Shown: one piece after another, positions 9,569 through 19,788 of the stretch
How the letters are laid out: the number at the start of each line of letters is the position of its first letter
Numbering within the stretch: position 1 is the first letter of the stretch
From: a virus
Length of the DNA: 64,000 nt
Virus record (IMG/VR): IMGVR_UViG_3300025897_000012
Coordinates: 15,755-79,754 of that record
Strand: one strand, 5' to 3'
Notes under the pieces: generated by a model
Database searches by the model: none
What the model was told of the DNA's origin: nothing
The model's input: the letters and a program-made list of their open reading frames with translations, nothing else
Position numbers and translations under genes: made by a program

Positions 9569-10210
9569 TTATTTTATACCAATTCTCATAAATCTTGTAT
9601 AATTAACATGTTTACTTAGGTCTAATTCACCTTCATATAATATTTCTGATAGTGGTGCCATACTTGCAAAATCATCTAAATCGTTTACACAGTTAATATG
9701 TTCGTCTAATTCAAAGAAATTATTACTTTGTAGTATAACTAATTTACCTGCAGGTATTTTATTATACCATTCATTAAAATTTGGAATATGTTCGCAACTA
9801 GTGTTTATAATTGTATCTGGCATATCTGTTAATTTTACTTTATTTCCTTTGTCATTTAATGTATCATATGTTAAAGGATAAGTTAAGTTAAAGATATCCA
9901 ATGTTGTAGCTTTAAACTTCCATTCGTCTGTTAACCAAGGCATATTAAACTCCTCGGCTATTTCACAACAACTTTCATCTATATCAAAACTTCTAATTTT
10001 TGTAATAATTACTTTCGATTCAAATAACATAGTAGCTAATGTAGCATACCAACCTGCACATAAAAATACTATTCCTAAATCAGGACAATGTTCTTGTACT
10101 TTTTCAACAAGCCATTCTTTACTTTTAATTTGACCATTAGATAAACAATCTTTATTAAACTTAGGATTATCAAATACTCGATATATGCCGTTAATCAGTT
10201 GTGTTGTCAT
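9569..10210 (-). CDS. Class I SAM-dependent methyltransferase-like protein
   Basis: LCAGWYA glycine loop, SFDID acidic strand, INTSCEH. Confidence 0.7.
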   Translation of the reverse strand: MTTQLINGIYRVFDNPKFNKDCLSNGQIKSKEWLVEKVQEHCPDLGIVFLCAGWYATLATMLFESKVIITKIRSFDIDESCCEIAEEFNMPWLTDEWKFKATTLDIFNLTYPLTYDTLNDKGNKVKLTDMPDTIINTSCEHIPNFNEWYNKIPAGKLVILQSNNFFELDEHINCVNDLDDFASMAPLSEILYEGELDLSKHVNYTRFMRIGIK

Positions 10211-11234
10211 TAAATTTTCTTTCTAACCATTCAAAGTTGTTTATTTTTTTAAGAGCAGATGAATCATCTTTATATTTTTCTCCGTATTCTTTACCAGCAA
10301 GTGCTCCTGCAATACAGTAGTTTCCAAATGGCTTGTCTTTGCCTTTGGTACACCATTGTGTTAACCTAATTTCTGTCTCTTTATCTTCTTGTCCTTGTAT
10401 AATCTTACTAGATAGTTTAACACACTCCCTAAATGCACTTTTCCAAGTGTTAAAAGGATCAGTATTAAACGTAGAAATGTTACTTACTTCGGGCATTGCT
10501 TTAAAACGCACACTAATGCTTGTGGTCATATCAGTGCTTGTAGTATCTACATTTAAAGTTAATTTTCTTGGTAGTAATTTAACGCCGCCGTTTCCATATG
10601 TAAGTCTGTTTATAGGATTTAGACTACGCCAAACATACACAATATTCATTTCATCTTCACTAAGATAATTCATTGATGTAAAATCAAAGGTATCGTTTAT
10701 ACGAGCGTCTCCATCAACTACATAGAACATATGTGTTTTACATAATTTTGCAGCTTCAATATGTGCTTGATGTATTCCTTTGACACCATGAACACGCTTT
10801 GCTGACGGTATCATGCTTAATAAATGTTTATAATTTTCTTCACAGTTTGGTTCTTTGTAGCTTATAAACACTATGTCATATTTAGATCTATATGGAGTAC
10901 TAGCAACTATGTCTACTTCTTTTTTATTAATAAAAAATCTATACTGAGCTTCTCGAGGATGAATTTCTACTCTTTTAGGATATAAGCATATTCCGTCATA
11001 CTTGCCAGCAGTATTTTTAAAAACATGTATAACTTTTTGATCCCATTCTTCAGGAGTATAAGAAAAATCAAAGTCTTTTTTAACTAATGTGTCGTCCCAT
11101 ATAACCCAAAACATTTTTGTGACAACCATTGCCTGAGCTTCAGCAAAATTAGGAGCATATTTCAATCCAAAAAACTTATCTTTAAGTTCAGTATAGTGAG
11201 GAGTTTTTTCTCCAACAAAAATTATATCATACAT
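10191..11234 (-). CDS. Glycosyltransferase, GT-A (GT2-like) fold, with degenerate duplicated N-terminal domain
   Basis: YDIVFISYKEPN, AHIEAA, VVDGD (DxD), YGNGGVKL, WKSAFRECVKL. The N-terminal 115 aa echo the same pattern. Confidence 0.7.
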   Translation of the reverse strand: MYDIIFVGEKTPHYTELKDKFFGLKYAPNFAEAQAMVVTKMFWVIWDDTLVKKDFDFSYTPEEWDQKVIHVFKNTAGKYDGICLYPKRVEIHPREAQYRFFINKKEVDIVASTPYRSKYDIVFISYKEPNCEENYKHLLSMIPSAKRVHGVKGIHQAHIEAAKLCKTHMFYVVDGDARINDTFDFTSMNYLSEDEMNIVYVWRSLNPINRLTYGNGGVKLLPRKLTLNVDTTSTDMTTSISVRFKAMPEVSNISTFNTDPFNTWKSAFRECVKLSSKIIQGQEDKETEIRLTQWCTKGKDKPFGNYCIAGALAGKEYGEKYKDDSSALKKINNFEWLERKFNDNTTD

Positions 11235-11239
11235 TTCTT

Positions 11240-11268
11240 ATTATATACTCTTTTAGTTACTATGTCAA
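11240..11268 (-). promoter_or_regulatory. sigma70-type promoter (TTGACA-17-TATAAT), likely leaderless transcript
   Basis: TTGACA at 11268-11263, TATAAT at 11245-11240, ATG at 11234. Confidence 0.75.
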
Positions 11269-12428
11269 CCATATCTTATTTCATCAAACAAATTTAAAAA
11301 CAAAGGCATGTGAGATCTTTCTAAAAATTTTGCTCTATTTATTTTACCAAATTTTCTCATTGTCTTTAGAGCAGTTTTTGTCTCTAATGAGTTTTTATTA
11401 TTTTCTATTCTATTTAATTCATGACAAATTAAATCAGCACGTATATCAAAGTCTAAATATGTATCATATTTTTCATTTATAAGATCATAGAAAGTAAAAT
11501 ATCCTAACTTATTAATATACTTTATTGTTTGTTGACATCCTAGTGCAATAAACGGTTTACCCATTACTATTAATTGCCATATACTGAGATTTGTAAATAA
11601 GGCATTTACTTCACTCATATAAATTCGGTGGTTGTCGGGTGCCCAAGGAGTTAATATTGTAAAAAGGCTATTAGAATGATAGTCTAACTTATCATCTTTA
11701 TCAATAATTGTACCACGAGTATGCAAGTTATTCGATTCTAAAGATTTACGCAAGGCTAAGCAATTATCAGCTTTTGGAAATTCAGAATATGTATGATATA
11801 GTAGCTTAGGATTAAAAGTTTCCATATCATAGTCTTTGACTGGCATAATCTTATTAATAGGTTCAAAGAAATTTGTGTATTTTTCGGTATTATTATTAAT
11901 AATTAACTTAGCTTCTATTTGCCACCAATCAATACTGTATGACTTATATGGTTGTAATAATTCTCTATAACTATTATTAACATCTGATGTAACAATTAGT
12001 ATATTTTCTATTGGTACTTGACATCTCATAAACATTTCTGCTACATGCCTAGTACGAATTACTTCATTATACCCCTGTAATGTCTGTCCTAGTATTAAAA
12101 CTTTCATTTTTCCATCTCGTAAATGGTCTAATGTTTTATTTGGTATATTAATGTTTATTCCATAAGACACTTCAAATGGATAAAATACATAATCTTCTAC
12201 TGTACTAAAAGGATTACCTATTACATCTCCTGTATATAACGTCATTTCACAATTATTTTTTTTCATTGTATAATAGAAACTAGAAATAACTTCAGTCATT
12301 GCATCTTTACTATCTGGCCATTTGCCATAAGGATAGGGCCAAGTGTCTTTATTAAAATTGTAACTAGTAATTCCGTTCGGTACAGGGCCGTCGTCTGTTA
12401 TAATATCATAATAAAAATTAATCGACAT
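11265..12428 (-). CDS. Putative glycosyltransferase (GT-B/GT10-like C-terminal domain, degenerate)
   Basis: C-terminal GKPFIALG…KLGYFTF…INEKYD pattern; the usual S/T-E-K residues are not conserved. Confidence 0.4.
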   Translation of the reverse strand: MSINFYYDIITDDGPVPNGITSYNFNKDTWPYPYGKWPDSKDAMTEVISSFYYTMKKNNCEMTLYTGDVIGNPFSTVEDYVFYPFEVSYGININIPNKTLDHLRDGKMKVLILGQTLQGYNEVIRTRHVAEMFMRCQVPIENILIVTSDVNNSYRELLQPYKSYSIDWWQIEAKLIINNNTEKYTNFFEPINKIMPVKDYDMETFNPKLLYHTYSEFPKADNCLALRKSLESNNLHTRGTIIDKDDKLDYHSNSLFTILTPWAPDNHRIYMSEVNALFTNLSIWQLIVMGKPFIALGCQQTIKYINKLGYFTFYDLINEKYDTYLDFDIRADLICHELNRIENNKNSLETKTALKTMRKFGKINRAKFLERSHMPLFLNLFDEIRYG

Positions 12429-13701
12429 ATTCTTTTAACCACTGTTTCCATATTTCAGTAAACTTAGGATGAATTTTTGTAACATCTTGATTTCTAATTC
12501 TATCATATGTTAGTGTTCTTTTTACAAGGTGATTTCTATAACCCTTGTGTCTTTCAATTGTTTCAAGATCATCATACGGAGTGGTTAATCTACTTAAAAT
12601 ATGGTTTAATCGACTTATTCTTATTTGTTTATCAGTTAATAAAGGCAATCGTTTTTTTAAATCTTCTGCAATTTCTATTCTATACTCATAAGGAATAATG
12701 TCTAAAATTAAATCAATTGGTCCATTTACAGGATTGAATACAAAATTTCCTCTTTTACCATGATCAATCCAGTAATCAAGTAATTTAGGCAATTCCCATG
12801 CATTGTAAACTTGTGCAGTAGCTAGAAAATGTACATGTATTTTAGGCATTGACAAGTAATGTTTATATGCTTTATCTAGTTGTTCCCAGTTTGCTCCATA
12901 TCTAATATAATCGTTAGTATAACCTATACCGTCCATACTAAAGTGTAATTCAACTTGCTTAAATTTAGACAACAATGGCGTAACTTTACTCTTTATTCTA
13001 CTTCCGTTAGTAGTAATATCTAAAACTAAGTGTGTGTTTCCGCTTTCTACACACCATTTTAATAGAGTATATACTCCAGGCATGAACAATGGCTCTCCGC
13101 CTGCTATTTTAATTGTGTGGAGATGTGGTATTTGTTTTTTTATACTTTCAAAACAAACTGGATCTTCTATCCATTCGTCTACATCTGTCCATTCTTCAAA
13201 CATAATATCTTGTGTTTCAGGATGTGCTAACTGTTCTTTAGCTATTGTACTACTAATTGCACCAAAACACATTCTACAGCCAAAGTTACATAACCTACCA
13301 GGACGTAGATCTGACCATACTGGATATCCTGTAGTGTTTCCTTTTTCAATATCTATGTGTATAGGATCTGTTTTTTGCCTATTACTACGTATAAAATTAG
13401 TATTTTGACTTTCTCTATCAGAACCTCCACCCTCTCTATCTTGCTTGTAACAAGTTCCGCATCTACTTTCAAATTTACCCTCTAACATATTTTTTCTAAC
13501 TTCTTGCATATCTTTTCCAGTCCAGATATCTTGAAGATCTTTTCCTTTAACATCATCTACGATATTATTGTTATAATCTCCTAAACAACATAAGTTTACA
13601 AATCCATTTGTAGCTACATATTGATGAGTAAACGGCATAGCACAAAATGCAGGATTATTAGCAATTTGAGACTCAAAGTTTAAATCATAATTTTTTTTCA
13701 T
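12418..13701 (-). CDS. Radical SAM enzyme with N-terminal twitch/SPASM domain
   Basis: CAMPF…LCC…CGTC, then CNFGCRMC, AGGEP, TTNG, SMDG, YIR. Confidence 0.92.
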   Translation of the reverse strand: MKKNYDLNFESQIANNPAFCAMPFTHQYVATNGFVNLCCLGDYNNNIVDDVKGKDLQDIWTGKDMQEVRKNMLEGKFESRCGTCYKQDREGGGSDRESQNTNFIRSNRQKTDPIHIDIEKGNTTGYPVWSDLRPGRLCNFGCRMCFGAISSTIAKEQLAHPETQDIMFEEWTDVDEWIEDPVCFESIKKQIPHLHTIKIAGGEPLFMPGVYTLLKWCVESGNTHLVLDITTNGSRIKSKVTPLLSKFKQVELHFSMDGIGYTNDYIRYGANWEQLDKAYKHYLSMPKIHVHFLATAQVYNAWELPKLLDYWIDHGKRGNFVFNPVNGPIDLILDIIPYEYRIEIAEDLKKRLPLLTDKQIRISRLNHILSRLTTPYDDLETIERHKGYRNHLVKRTLTYDRIRNQDVTKIHPKFTEIWKQWLKEYVD

Positions 13702-15928
13702 TACATTCCTCTATCATCTGTGCTACATCCGGCAATGATGTTTTCCAAGACTCGTTTCTAATTTTATCTAAACTTTCCATCCAAGGCCATAAACGGTTAT
13801 ACTCATTAGCATCAGGTTCTTTGTCCCATAAGTGCATTAATATACTTTTGCATCTTTGCTCAACCTTACGACAAAATGCTTTTTCATCTACACTATTATT
13901 CCATTTATCATTTATACGTTTTATAAAATTTTTATATTTTTTATCTATATATCGTTTGTATTCTATAGGCAAGTTTTGTATATTAAGTGTAGCAGGTCCG
14001 TATAGATTATGTACAATTATAACAGGTTCAATCCGATTCCAATTTTGCTCTTTCATCCACCATTGCATTTCTGGATAATGTAAAACGTTTTGTAGACTTA
14101 AAGTAAGTGTAACACTAGCAATTAATCTTTCAAATCCTTGTTCCTTATCAATCCTACGCATATTCTTTAGGACAGTACTAAATTTTCCTGGGTGTCGGAT
14201 GTATTCAAAATGAGAATTAATACCGTCTATACTCATTCCTAAATTTACTTGTTTAAAAGATTTCCATTGATCAAATACTTTGCTAGGAACACCTGCCATA
14301 TTAGTATTATAATCTAACGTAACATTATTTGCTGTTCCTCTTTTTATATAACAATCTAACAGTTCTCTATGTTTTAAATTTATAGTTGGCTCTCCGCCTG
14401 TAAAATAATACCTTTTAATTGTATCTAAATTATTCATAATATGCGACCATAACTTTGTAAAAGTTTGATCTGGTTCAAAAAGATCAGGAACAGTATTTGT
14501 ACCATCAGGTAAAGTTTCAATCTTAACTGTGTTATGCCCTCTATAATTAAAAACTCCTGAAGGCTGTAACTTTACCCAATCATCATACCATAAATTACTA
14601 TCAGTTGGTCCACAGCTTCTACACTTTAAATTACATTTATTACCAAATCTTAAATCCATATATGTTATAGGGAATTCTTCATCTTTTATGGTTCCGTCTT
14701 TTTTAGTAAGTGTAACTGCTTTGTGATATACATCTTCATATAATTTTCTGGTCCACTGGCGTTTACTTCCTATCCCGTTTTGTTCTTCATTCGTACACAG
14801 TTTACATACTTCTGGATCAATGCCATTCAGCATTTCTTGTCTTAGTTTCTTCCATACAGGTGCATTTCTATGCTGTGTAACGTCATCTTTTCCTGTAAGC
14901 ACAGTACCATCTTCTTTGTATACTGTACCATAAGGATCATTAATCATTTGACAACACATGCGAATACTTCCATCAGCGTTTGTTGCTAAGTGATTCCATG
15001 CAATAGGACAAAATGCCTTCCATCTATCTTTGTTTACTAACATATTCTCCTGTGTTTTTTCTATTTTTTCTACAGGTTTATCTAATCTTAGTTTTAACAA
15101 TGTTCTTATTTTTCTTCCTCGAGGGGTATCTATACTAGGAAGATCTTTCTTTAGCCATAGTGCTTCAAGAACTTCTTGATCTTTGTCATACTCTGCAACA
15201 ATCGCCATAACCTCAACCGGACAATCTGGGTGTAAAACCATTTCAATTCTTTCTTGTGAAGTACGAACAATATCTAAATCAAAAGACATAGGTTTTTGAG
15301 GCCACGTAAAATCAAAAGAAAAATTATTATTTTGTTTTATCCATTTGTCCATAGTTTTCTGGAACTTCTTTCTATCCAAAGTTGGAAATATATGCAGTAG
15401 CTGATCTGTTAATTTTACAGCAGAAATATTTAACTCGTCTAAGTTTATAATATATGACTTTTTAAAATAATCAGTGTAATGACTTGTATTATCATGATCT
15501 CTTTTCATATTGTCTGAATGTCTTATCATCCAATGTTCAGTAAGGTTTTCTTGCTCTTTTAATTTTTGATATCCTAATTGTGCCCAGTAATTGTAATTAC
15601 GAGTAATAACAAAACAGATAACAGTCATACTACTATCCCAGTATTCTTTAATAATGTTAGGATTATAACTGTGATAATGATCCTTGTACAGATCATACTT
15701 GTTAGGATCGTTTTCACCTTCATATATATGTTCTTTTTCGACTAAAGAATATTTTATTTTACAAAATGACTTCCATCTATTTGTGCCTATAGGCTGTGCT
15801 TCTTTTCTAGGTATTTTGTTAATTTCAGGTACACATTCGCTTAACAAACTAGTAATCATTTCGCCACCAGTTCCAGCAGAATATAATAAAAGATAATTAT
15901 GATTGTTGTTGGAAGAATTTAATTTCAT
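13685..15928 (-). CDS. Radical SAM/twitch enzyme with long N-terminal extension
   Basis: CPIAW…MCC…CKLC, CNLKCRSC, TGGEP, YNTN, SIDG; about 300 extra N-terminal residues. Confidence 0.9.
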   Translation of the reverse strand: MKLNSSNNNHNYLLLYSAGTGGEMITSLLSECVPEINKIPRKEAQPIGTNRWKSFCKIKYSLVEKEHIYEGENDPNKYDLYKDHYHSYNPNIIKEYWDSSMTVICFVITRNYNYWAQLGYQKLKEQENLTEHWMIRHSDNMKRDHDNTSHYTDYFKKSYIINLDELNISAVKLTDQLLHIFPTLDRKKFQKTMDKWIKQNNNFSFDFTWPQKPMSFDLDIVRTSQERIEMVLHPDCPVEVMAIVAEYDKDQEVLEALWLKKDLPSIDTPRGRKIRTLLKLRLDKPVEKIEKTQENMLVNKDRWKAFCPIAWNHLATNADGSIRMCCQMINDPYGTVYKEDGTVLTGKDDVTQHRNAPVWKKLRQEMLNGIDPEVCKLCTNEEQNGIGSKRQWTRKLYEDVYHKAVTLTKKDGTIKDEEFPITYMDLRFGNKCNLKCRSCGPTDSNLWYDDWVKLQPSGVFNYRGHNTVKIETLPDGTNTVPDLFEPDQTFTKLWSHIMNNLDTIKRYYFTGGEPTINLKHRELLDCYIKRGTANNVTLDYNTNMAGVPSKVFDQWKSFKQVNLGMSIDGINSHFEYIRHPGKFSTVLKNMRRIDKEQGFERLIASVTLTLSLQNVLHYPEMQWWMKEQNWNRIEPVIIVHNLYGPATLNIQNLPIEYKRYIDKKYKNFIKRINDKWNNSVDEKAFCRKVEQRCKSILMHLWDKEPDANEYNRLWPWMESLDKIRNESWKTSLPDVAQMIEECNEKKL

Positions 15929-17294
15929 TATCGCTATATCCTACTAATTCACTACTATTGTCTATTCCTCTAATAGGAACTAAACTGGTAGCGCCAATTT
16001 GTCTTCCGTTTGCACCGTTGTCAAAAATTCCAAGTTCTATAATTTTTTCATTAAATGATTGAGCTCTTTCTAACATACCCGGTGGTGTCATTAATTTAAT
16101 CTCTAACCAAAAGTCATCATTTACACTTTTATGGTGATCAATTATAATTTTACAATTTTCAATAAATCTTTGTTCGTTTCCTTTGTATAAATCCATACTA
16201 CCAAAATGGGCACTCATATTTATACTGTTAATATACTGACATGCTTCTTTCCAATATTTTGTACTTCTACTTCCATTAGTAGTAACAAGTATCCATTGAT
16301 CTCGTTCCTTTAAATGTTTTAGTATATCTAAAAACTTTGGATTCATTGTTGGCTCTCCGCCCCCAAAGTTCCATCTTATACTAGCACCTTTACTCCATGT
16401 ATCTATTGCTTTATCTATAGTTTCAATAATTTTATTATATGAGTGATGTTCTTCTGTATTATTATGAACACTTGGCCAACAGTAGTCACAATCGTAATTA
16501 CAACGTCTAGTAATGTCCCATAAAATTTGATACTCAATTGGAAAATTCATTTCTATTCCAACAGGAATAGTATCAAATGCTATGTGTGGATTTTTTACTG
16601 CATCTTGTAATTGTCCTTTGTCTTGTCCATCATACCCATATTTTGTTACATTTAAATTTTCTAAAGCTAACTCGTCTTTAGCTTTACTTAAAATTACATC
16701 GGCTCCACAACCACAACTTGTTAACGGACATGTAGTCCATTTTTTAGGAGCTTCCCATCCTGTAAAAATACTACCTTGTAATCCCCATACTTTAGTATCT
16801 TTTTGTGCTTTCCACTGCCAAGTTGCTGGATCTTTCATAAACTGTTTGTAAGGATCGTCAAAAAATATTTTTTCTAACCTTCCAATTTCTGCCATTAATT
16901 TATGTTGCTGTTCACTGTTCTTGTAATCATGCTTGGGCATAGGCCAACCGTTTTCAGTATTAGCATTTATCCAATCTTTACGTTTATCACTGCCGTCTGC
17001 TCCTATAATAGATTCTCTATATTCTTGCCATTGCCTATCTATTAACTTTGGATCTTGATTCGTATAGGTTGTTACACGCTGATCATGAACTTTACCGTAA
17101 TGAGATGCACTTGCACAATTTGCAATCCATACATTACCATCATAATCTATGTATAAACTTCGCACTCCAGCACTACACTTCCAATCTTTCCATTTGTTTA
17201 AGTTATTTGCAATTACTTCATCAACACTAAAAAGACTATACTGATTATTTTTGTTATAAATTCTAAGTTGTTTATTGTCTGTAGGTTGATCCAC
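15897..17294 (-). CDS. Radical SAM enzyme, Cys-rich auxiliary domain N-terminal (GTG start)
   Basis: WKCSAG…NC…CPLTSCGC, then CNYDCDYC, GGGEP, TTNG, SAH. Confidence 0.9.
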   Translation of the reverse strand: MDQPTDNKQLRIYNKNNQYSLFSVDEVIANNLNKWKDWKCSAGVRSLYIDYDGNVWIANCASASHYGKVHDQRVTTYTNQDPKLIDRQWQEYRESIIGADGSDKRKDWINANTENGWPMPKHDYKNSEQQHKLMAEIGRLEKIFFDDPYKQFMKDPATWQWKAQKDTKVWGLQGSIFTGWEAPKKWTTCPLTSCGCGADVILSKAKDELALENLNVTKYGYDGQDKGQLQDAVKNPHIAFDTIPVGIEMNFPIEYQILWDITRRCNYDCDYCWPSVHNNTEEHHSYNKIIETIDKAIDTWSKGASIRWNFGGGEPTMNPKFLDILKHLKERDQWILVTTNGSRSTKYWKEACQYINSINMSAHFGSMDLYKGNEQRFIENCKIIIDHHKSVNDDFWLEIKLMTPPGMLERAQSFNEKIIELGIFDNGANGRQIGATSLVPIRGIDNSSELVGYSDNEIKFFQQQS

Positions 17295-18263
17295 TTATAC
17301 ACGCTCCTTCTTACTCATTATATCAAAGTTACAATGACAATAGCTTTTATTGCATATAACAGGATCAATAGGCCATGCTATGTTATCAGGATCTTTCATA
17401 TTTCCTAAAGAACCACCAACACGGCACCAACCAATCATTACAGTTCCATCAAAGTCTACAACAATCTGTTCAACGCCACTATAACACTTCCAGCCCTCCC
17501 AGTTGTTAGTATTTTCAGCAATAAATCTATGTGCGGCACTATTTTTTGTTTTACCTGTTACTGTATCAATCATATCCATACTGCCTCTATAAAGTTTAAA
17601 GTTGTTGCTTTCTTCAGTATACTTTATATGTTTTCCAAAATCTTGCCATTGCCTATCAATAACATCAAGTTGGTCTTGTGTGTAAGGAAATCGTTCATTA
17701 CCAAAGTCGATTACAAGCGGTTGCAACGCTAAACTAAAATTTTCAGCTTCTTTAACTAATCTTTTTGTAAGATTTACTCCATTATTAAATCTATCTTTAT
17801 CAGTATGCATCATAATGTTTACATGAGTTCTACAAACCTTTGACATAATTTTTACTACTTCTAAAAAGTGGCCTGCTTCTGCACTTTCAGGATGAAAACT
17901 TAAACAAACATGATCAAAATTATTTTTATTCTTTTCCCACCAACGAATAGTTCTACTAGCGTTACTAATAAATCCTATATCGTGTCCTTTAGACTTAATG
18001 TACTGAGCACACTTTATAAAATCTTTCCATAAAGTTACTTCGCCTCCAGTAAACTCAAAATAAACTTTCCTTGGAGCATAATGTGTTTCACAAGCATCAA
18101 TAAATTTTTTAATTACTTTAAAATCTTGCCAACCAAAACTACCATTATTTAAAATAGGAGGACAGTAACTACAGGTATAGTTACACATGTTTCCTAAATT
18201 CCAGTTTACAACAACCCAGTCTTTAGCTTCTTTATGATGATGGTCTAAGATATTATATTGCAT
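17295..18263 (-). CDS. Radical SAM enzyme with C-terminal Cys-rich (twitch/SPASM-like) domain
   Basis: CNYTCSYC, TGGE, ISN, SFH; WKCYSG…WC…CNKSYCHC. Confidence 0.92.
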   Translation of the reverse strand: MQYNILDHHHKEAKDWVVVNWNLGNMCNYTCSYCPPILNNGSFGWQDFKVIKKFIDACETHYAPRKVYFEFTGGEVTLWKDFIKCAQYIKSKGHDIGFISNASRTIRWWEKNKNNFDHVCLSFHPESAEAGHFLEVVKIMSKVCRTHVNIMMHTDKDRFNNGVNLTKRLVKEAENFSLALQPLVIDFGNERFPYTQDQLDVIDRQWQDFGKHIKYTEESNNFKLYRGSMDMIDTVTGKTKNSAAHRFIAENTNNWEGWKCYSGVEQIVVDFDGTVMIGWCRVGGSLGNMKDPDNIAWPIDPVICNKSYCHCNFDIMSKKERV

Positions 18264-18266
18264 ATA

Positions 18267-19202
18267 TTATTTCTTTCCTAATCCGCTTATTCCTCTGTGT
18301 CTATCAACACGATCAGGTTGTCGGTAAATTGTTTTAAAGAATTTACTAGCACCTTGAGAGAACGGTTCTTTGTCTATAGGTATTTGAAGTTCATTAATTA
18401 ATTTTGTTCCGTAATTTGTAGATAATTCTAAAATTTTATCTTCAGGTATGTCTGCAAATTCTTCTTCCCATAAATTATTTAAATATTTAAAATCTCGTAC
18501 ATTAATGTAATTCCAATCTGTACACATTGTTTTATATACTGCGGCTCTAGTTCCTAATATAGCCCAGTTTCCGTTTTCTACATCTGCGCCAACCATTGCC
18601 CAAATATACATCCAATGTAGACATCTCCAATGAAGATTTAAATATTCTTCTTTGTTTGGTTTTATACCTTGATTAAGAGATAATTTAACTCCTTCTCTAA
18701 ACCCAGCTCTCCATGCTTGTTGAGGAGTTTCGTTATTATATACATCTGAAAAACAACTATTCATTTGTACATATTTTAAATCCCAACAAAAATCTACTTG
18801 AGCAGCTATGTTATTTGGATCTGCATTTTCGTGTGTCCGCATATTTAATACATGTTGTTTAGGCCAACATTTTAAGCCGCCGTTTCCATATAGTAATCCG
18901 TTAATAGTATTTTTTCCTGCCCAGCTTATTACAGAATTTTCTAACTCAACATCATCATCAAAACTAATTTCTTCTTTTAAAAAATCATTTTTAATTCTGT
19001 TGTCGCCGTCTACTGTAATAAAGCGATCAGTTTCTGATAATTCTGCACAGGCTTTGTGTGCCGCGTCACTACCGTCTACCCCGTGTACACGTTTTGCCCA
19101 CGGAACTTTAGTTAAGAGATCTGCATAGTTCTTCTCAGCATTAGGTTCATCATAACTTAGATAAATTACGTCATAATCTAGTACTTTAAATTTATTAGAC
19201 AT
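18267..19202 (-). CDS. Glycosyltransferase, GT-A (GT2-like) fold
   Basis: YDVIYLSYDEPN, AHKACA, TVDGD, YGNGGLK, WRAGFREGVKL; paralog of 10191..11234. Confidence 0.7.
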   Translation of the reverse strand: MSNKFKVLDYDVIYLSYDEPNAEKNYADLLTKVPWAKRVHGVDGSDAAHKACAELSETDRFITVDGDNRIKNDFLKEEISFDDDVELENSVISWAGKNTINGLLYGNGGLKCWPKQHVLNMRTHENADPNNIAAQVDFCWDLKYVQMNSCFSDVYNNETPQQAWRAGFREGVKLSLNQGIKPNKEEYLNLHWRCLHWMYIWAMVGADVENGNWAILGTRAAVYKTMCTDWNYINVRDFKYLNNLWEEEFADIPEDKILELSTNYGTKLINELQIPIDKEPFSQGASKFFKTIYRQPDRVDRHRGISGLGKK

Positions 19203-19206
19203 ATAA

Positions 19207-19788
19207 TTATTCCTTTACAACGTGATAAAAGATTTCATTAATAACAGGACAATACAAACTTATATTGTCTAGTATGACTAAAGAATCATTATCACACTTG
19301 ATATCAAACATTTTCTTTTTAGTAAATTTTCTCATATCTATAAATAGTTCTCCTATTAAGATATTAGGGTTATGTTCTTGTGTAATATACACTCGTTTGA
19401 TTTGACTTAAATATTTATTTGTCTCTAGGTTGTTACGTATTAGGTCTGAAACTTGTGCCTTTGCTTGCCATTTTTTCTTTTTTTTGTCTTGAAAGATATA
19501 GAATGATTTTGGATCATATTTAGAGATTTTATCTAAAACTGTAATTTCATGAATACTTTTATCAACATCAAAATTTTCAGGAGCATCTTTTCTTACAAGC
19601 TCTGGAGGATCTGTACTTGTTATATTTGTAACTTTGCAAATATAGTCAACAAGATTAGCTTTGCCTGAAACAAATTTAACATACTCTTCTTTAGAAATCA
19701 CAATATAAGGTTTATCTTCATTCAATTCATTTGTAACTGATAATAATTGTCCTGAAACATCATCATAATATACATAAAATGAAAACAT
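19207..19788 (-). CDS. Hypothetical protein
   Basis: 193-aa ORF translationally coupled within the operon. Confidence 0.7.
   Translation of the reverse strand: MFSFYVYYDDVSGQLLSVTNELNEDKPYIVISKEEYVKFVSGKANLVDYICKVTNITSTDPPELVRKDAPENFDVDKSIHEITVLDKISKYDPKSFYIFQDKKKKKWQAKAQVSDLIRNNLETNKYLSQIKRVYITQEHNPNILIGELFIDMRKFTKKKMFDIKCDNDSLVILDNISLYCPVINEIFYHVVKE

Noticed and set aside
15897-18263. Viperin-like antiviral radical SAMs
   Set aside because: The CNYxCxYC context is superficially similar, but viperin-specific motifs are not evident and auxiliary Cys domains are present
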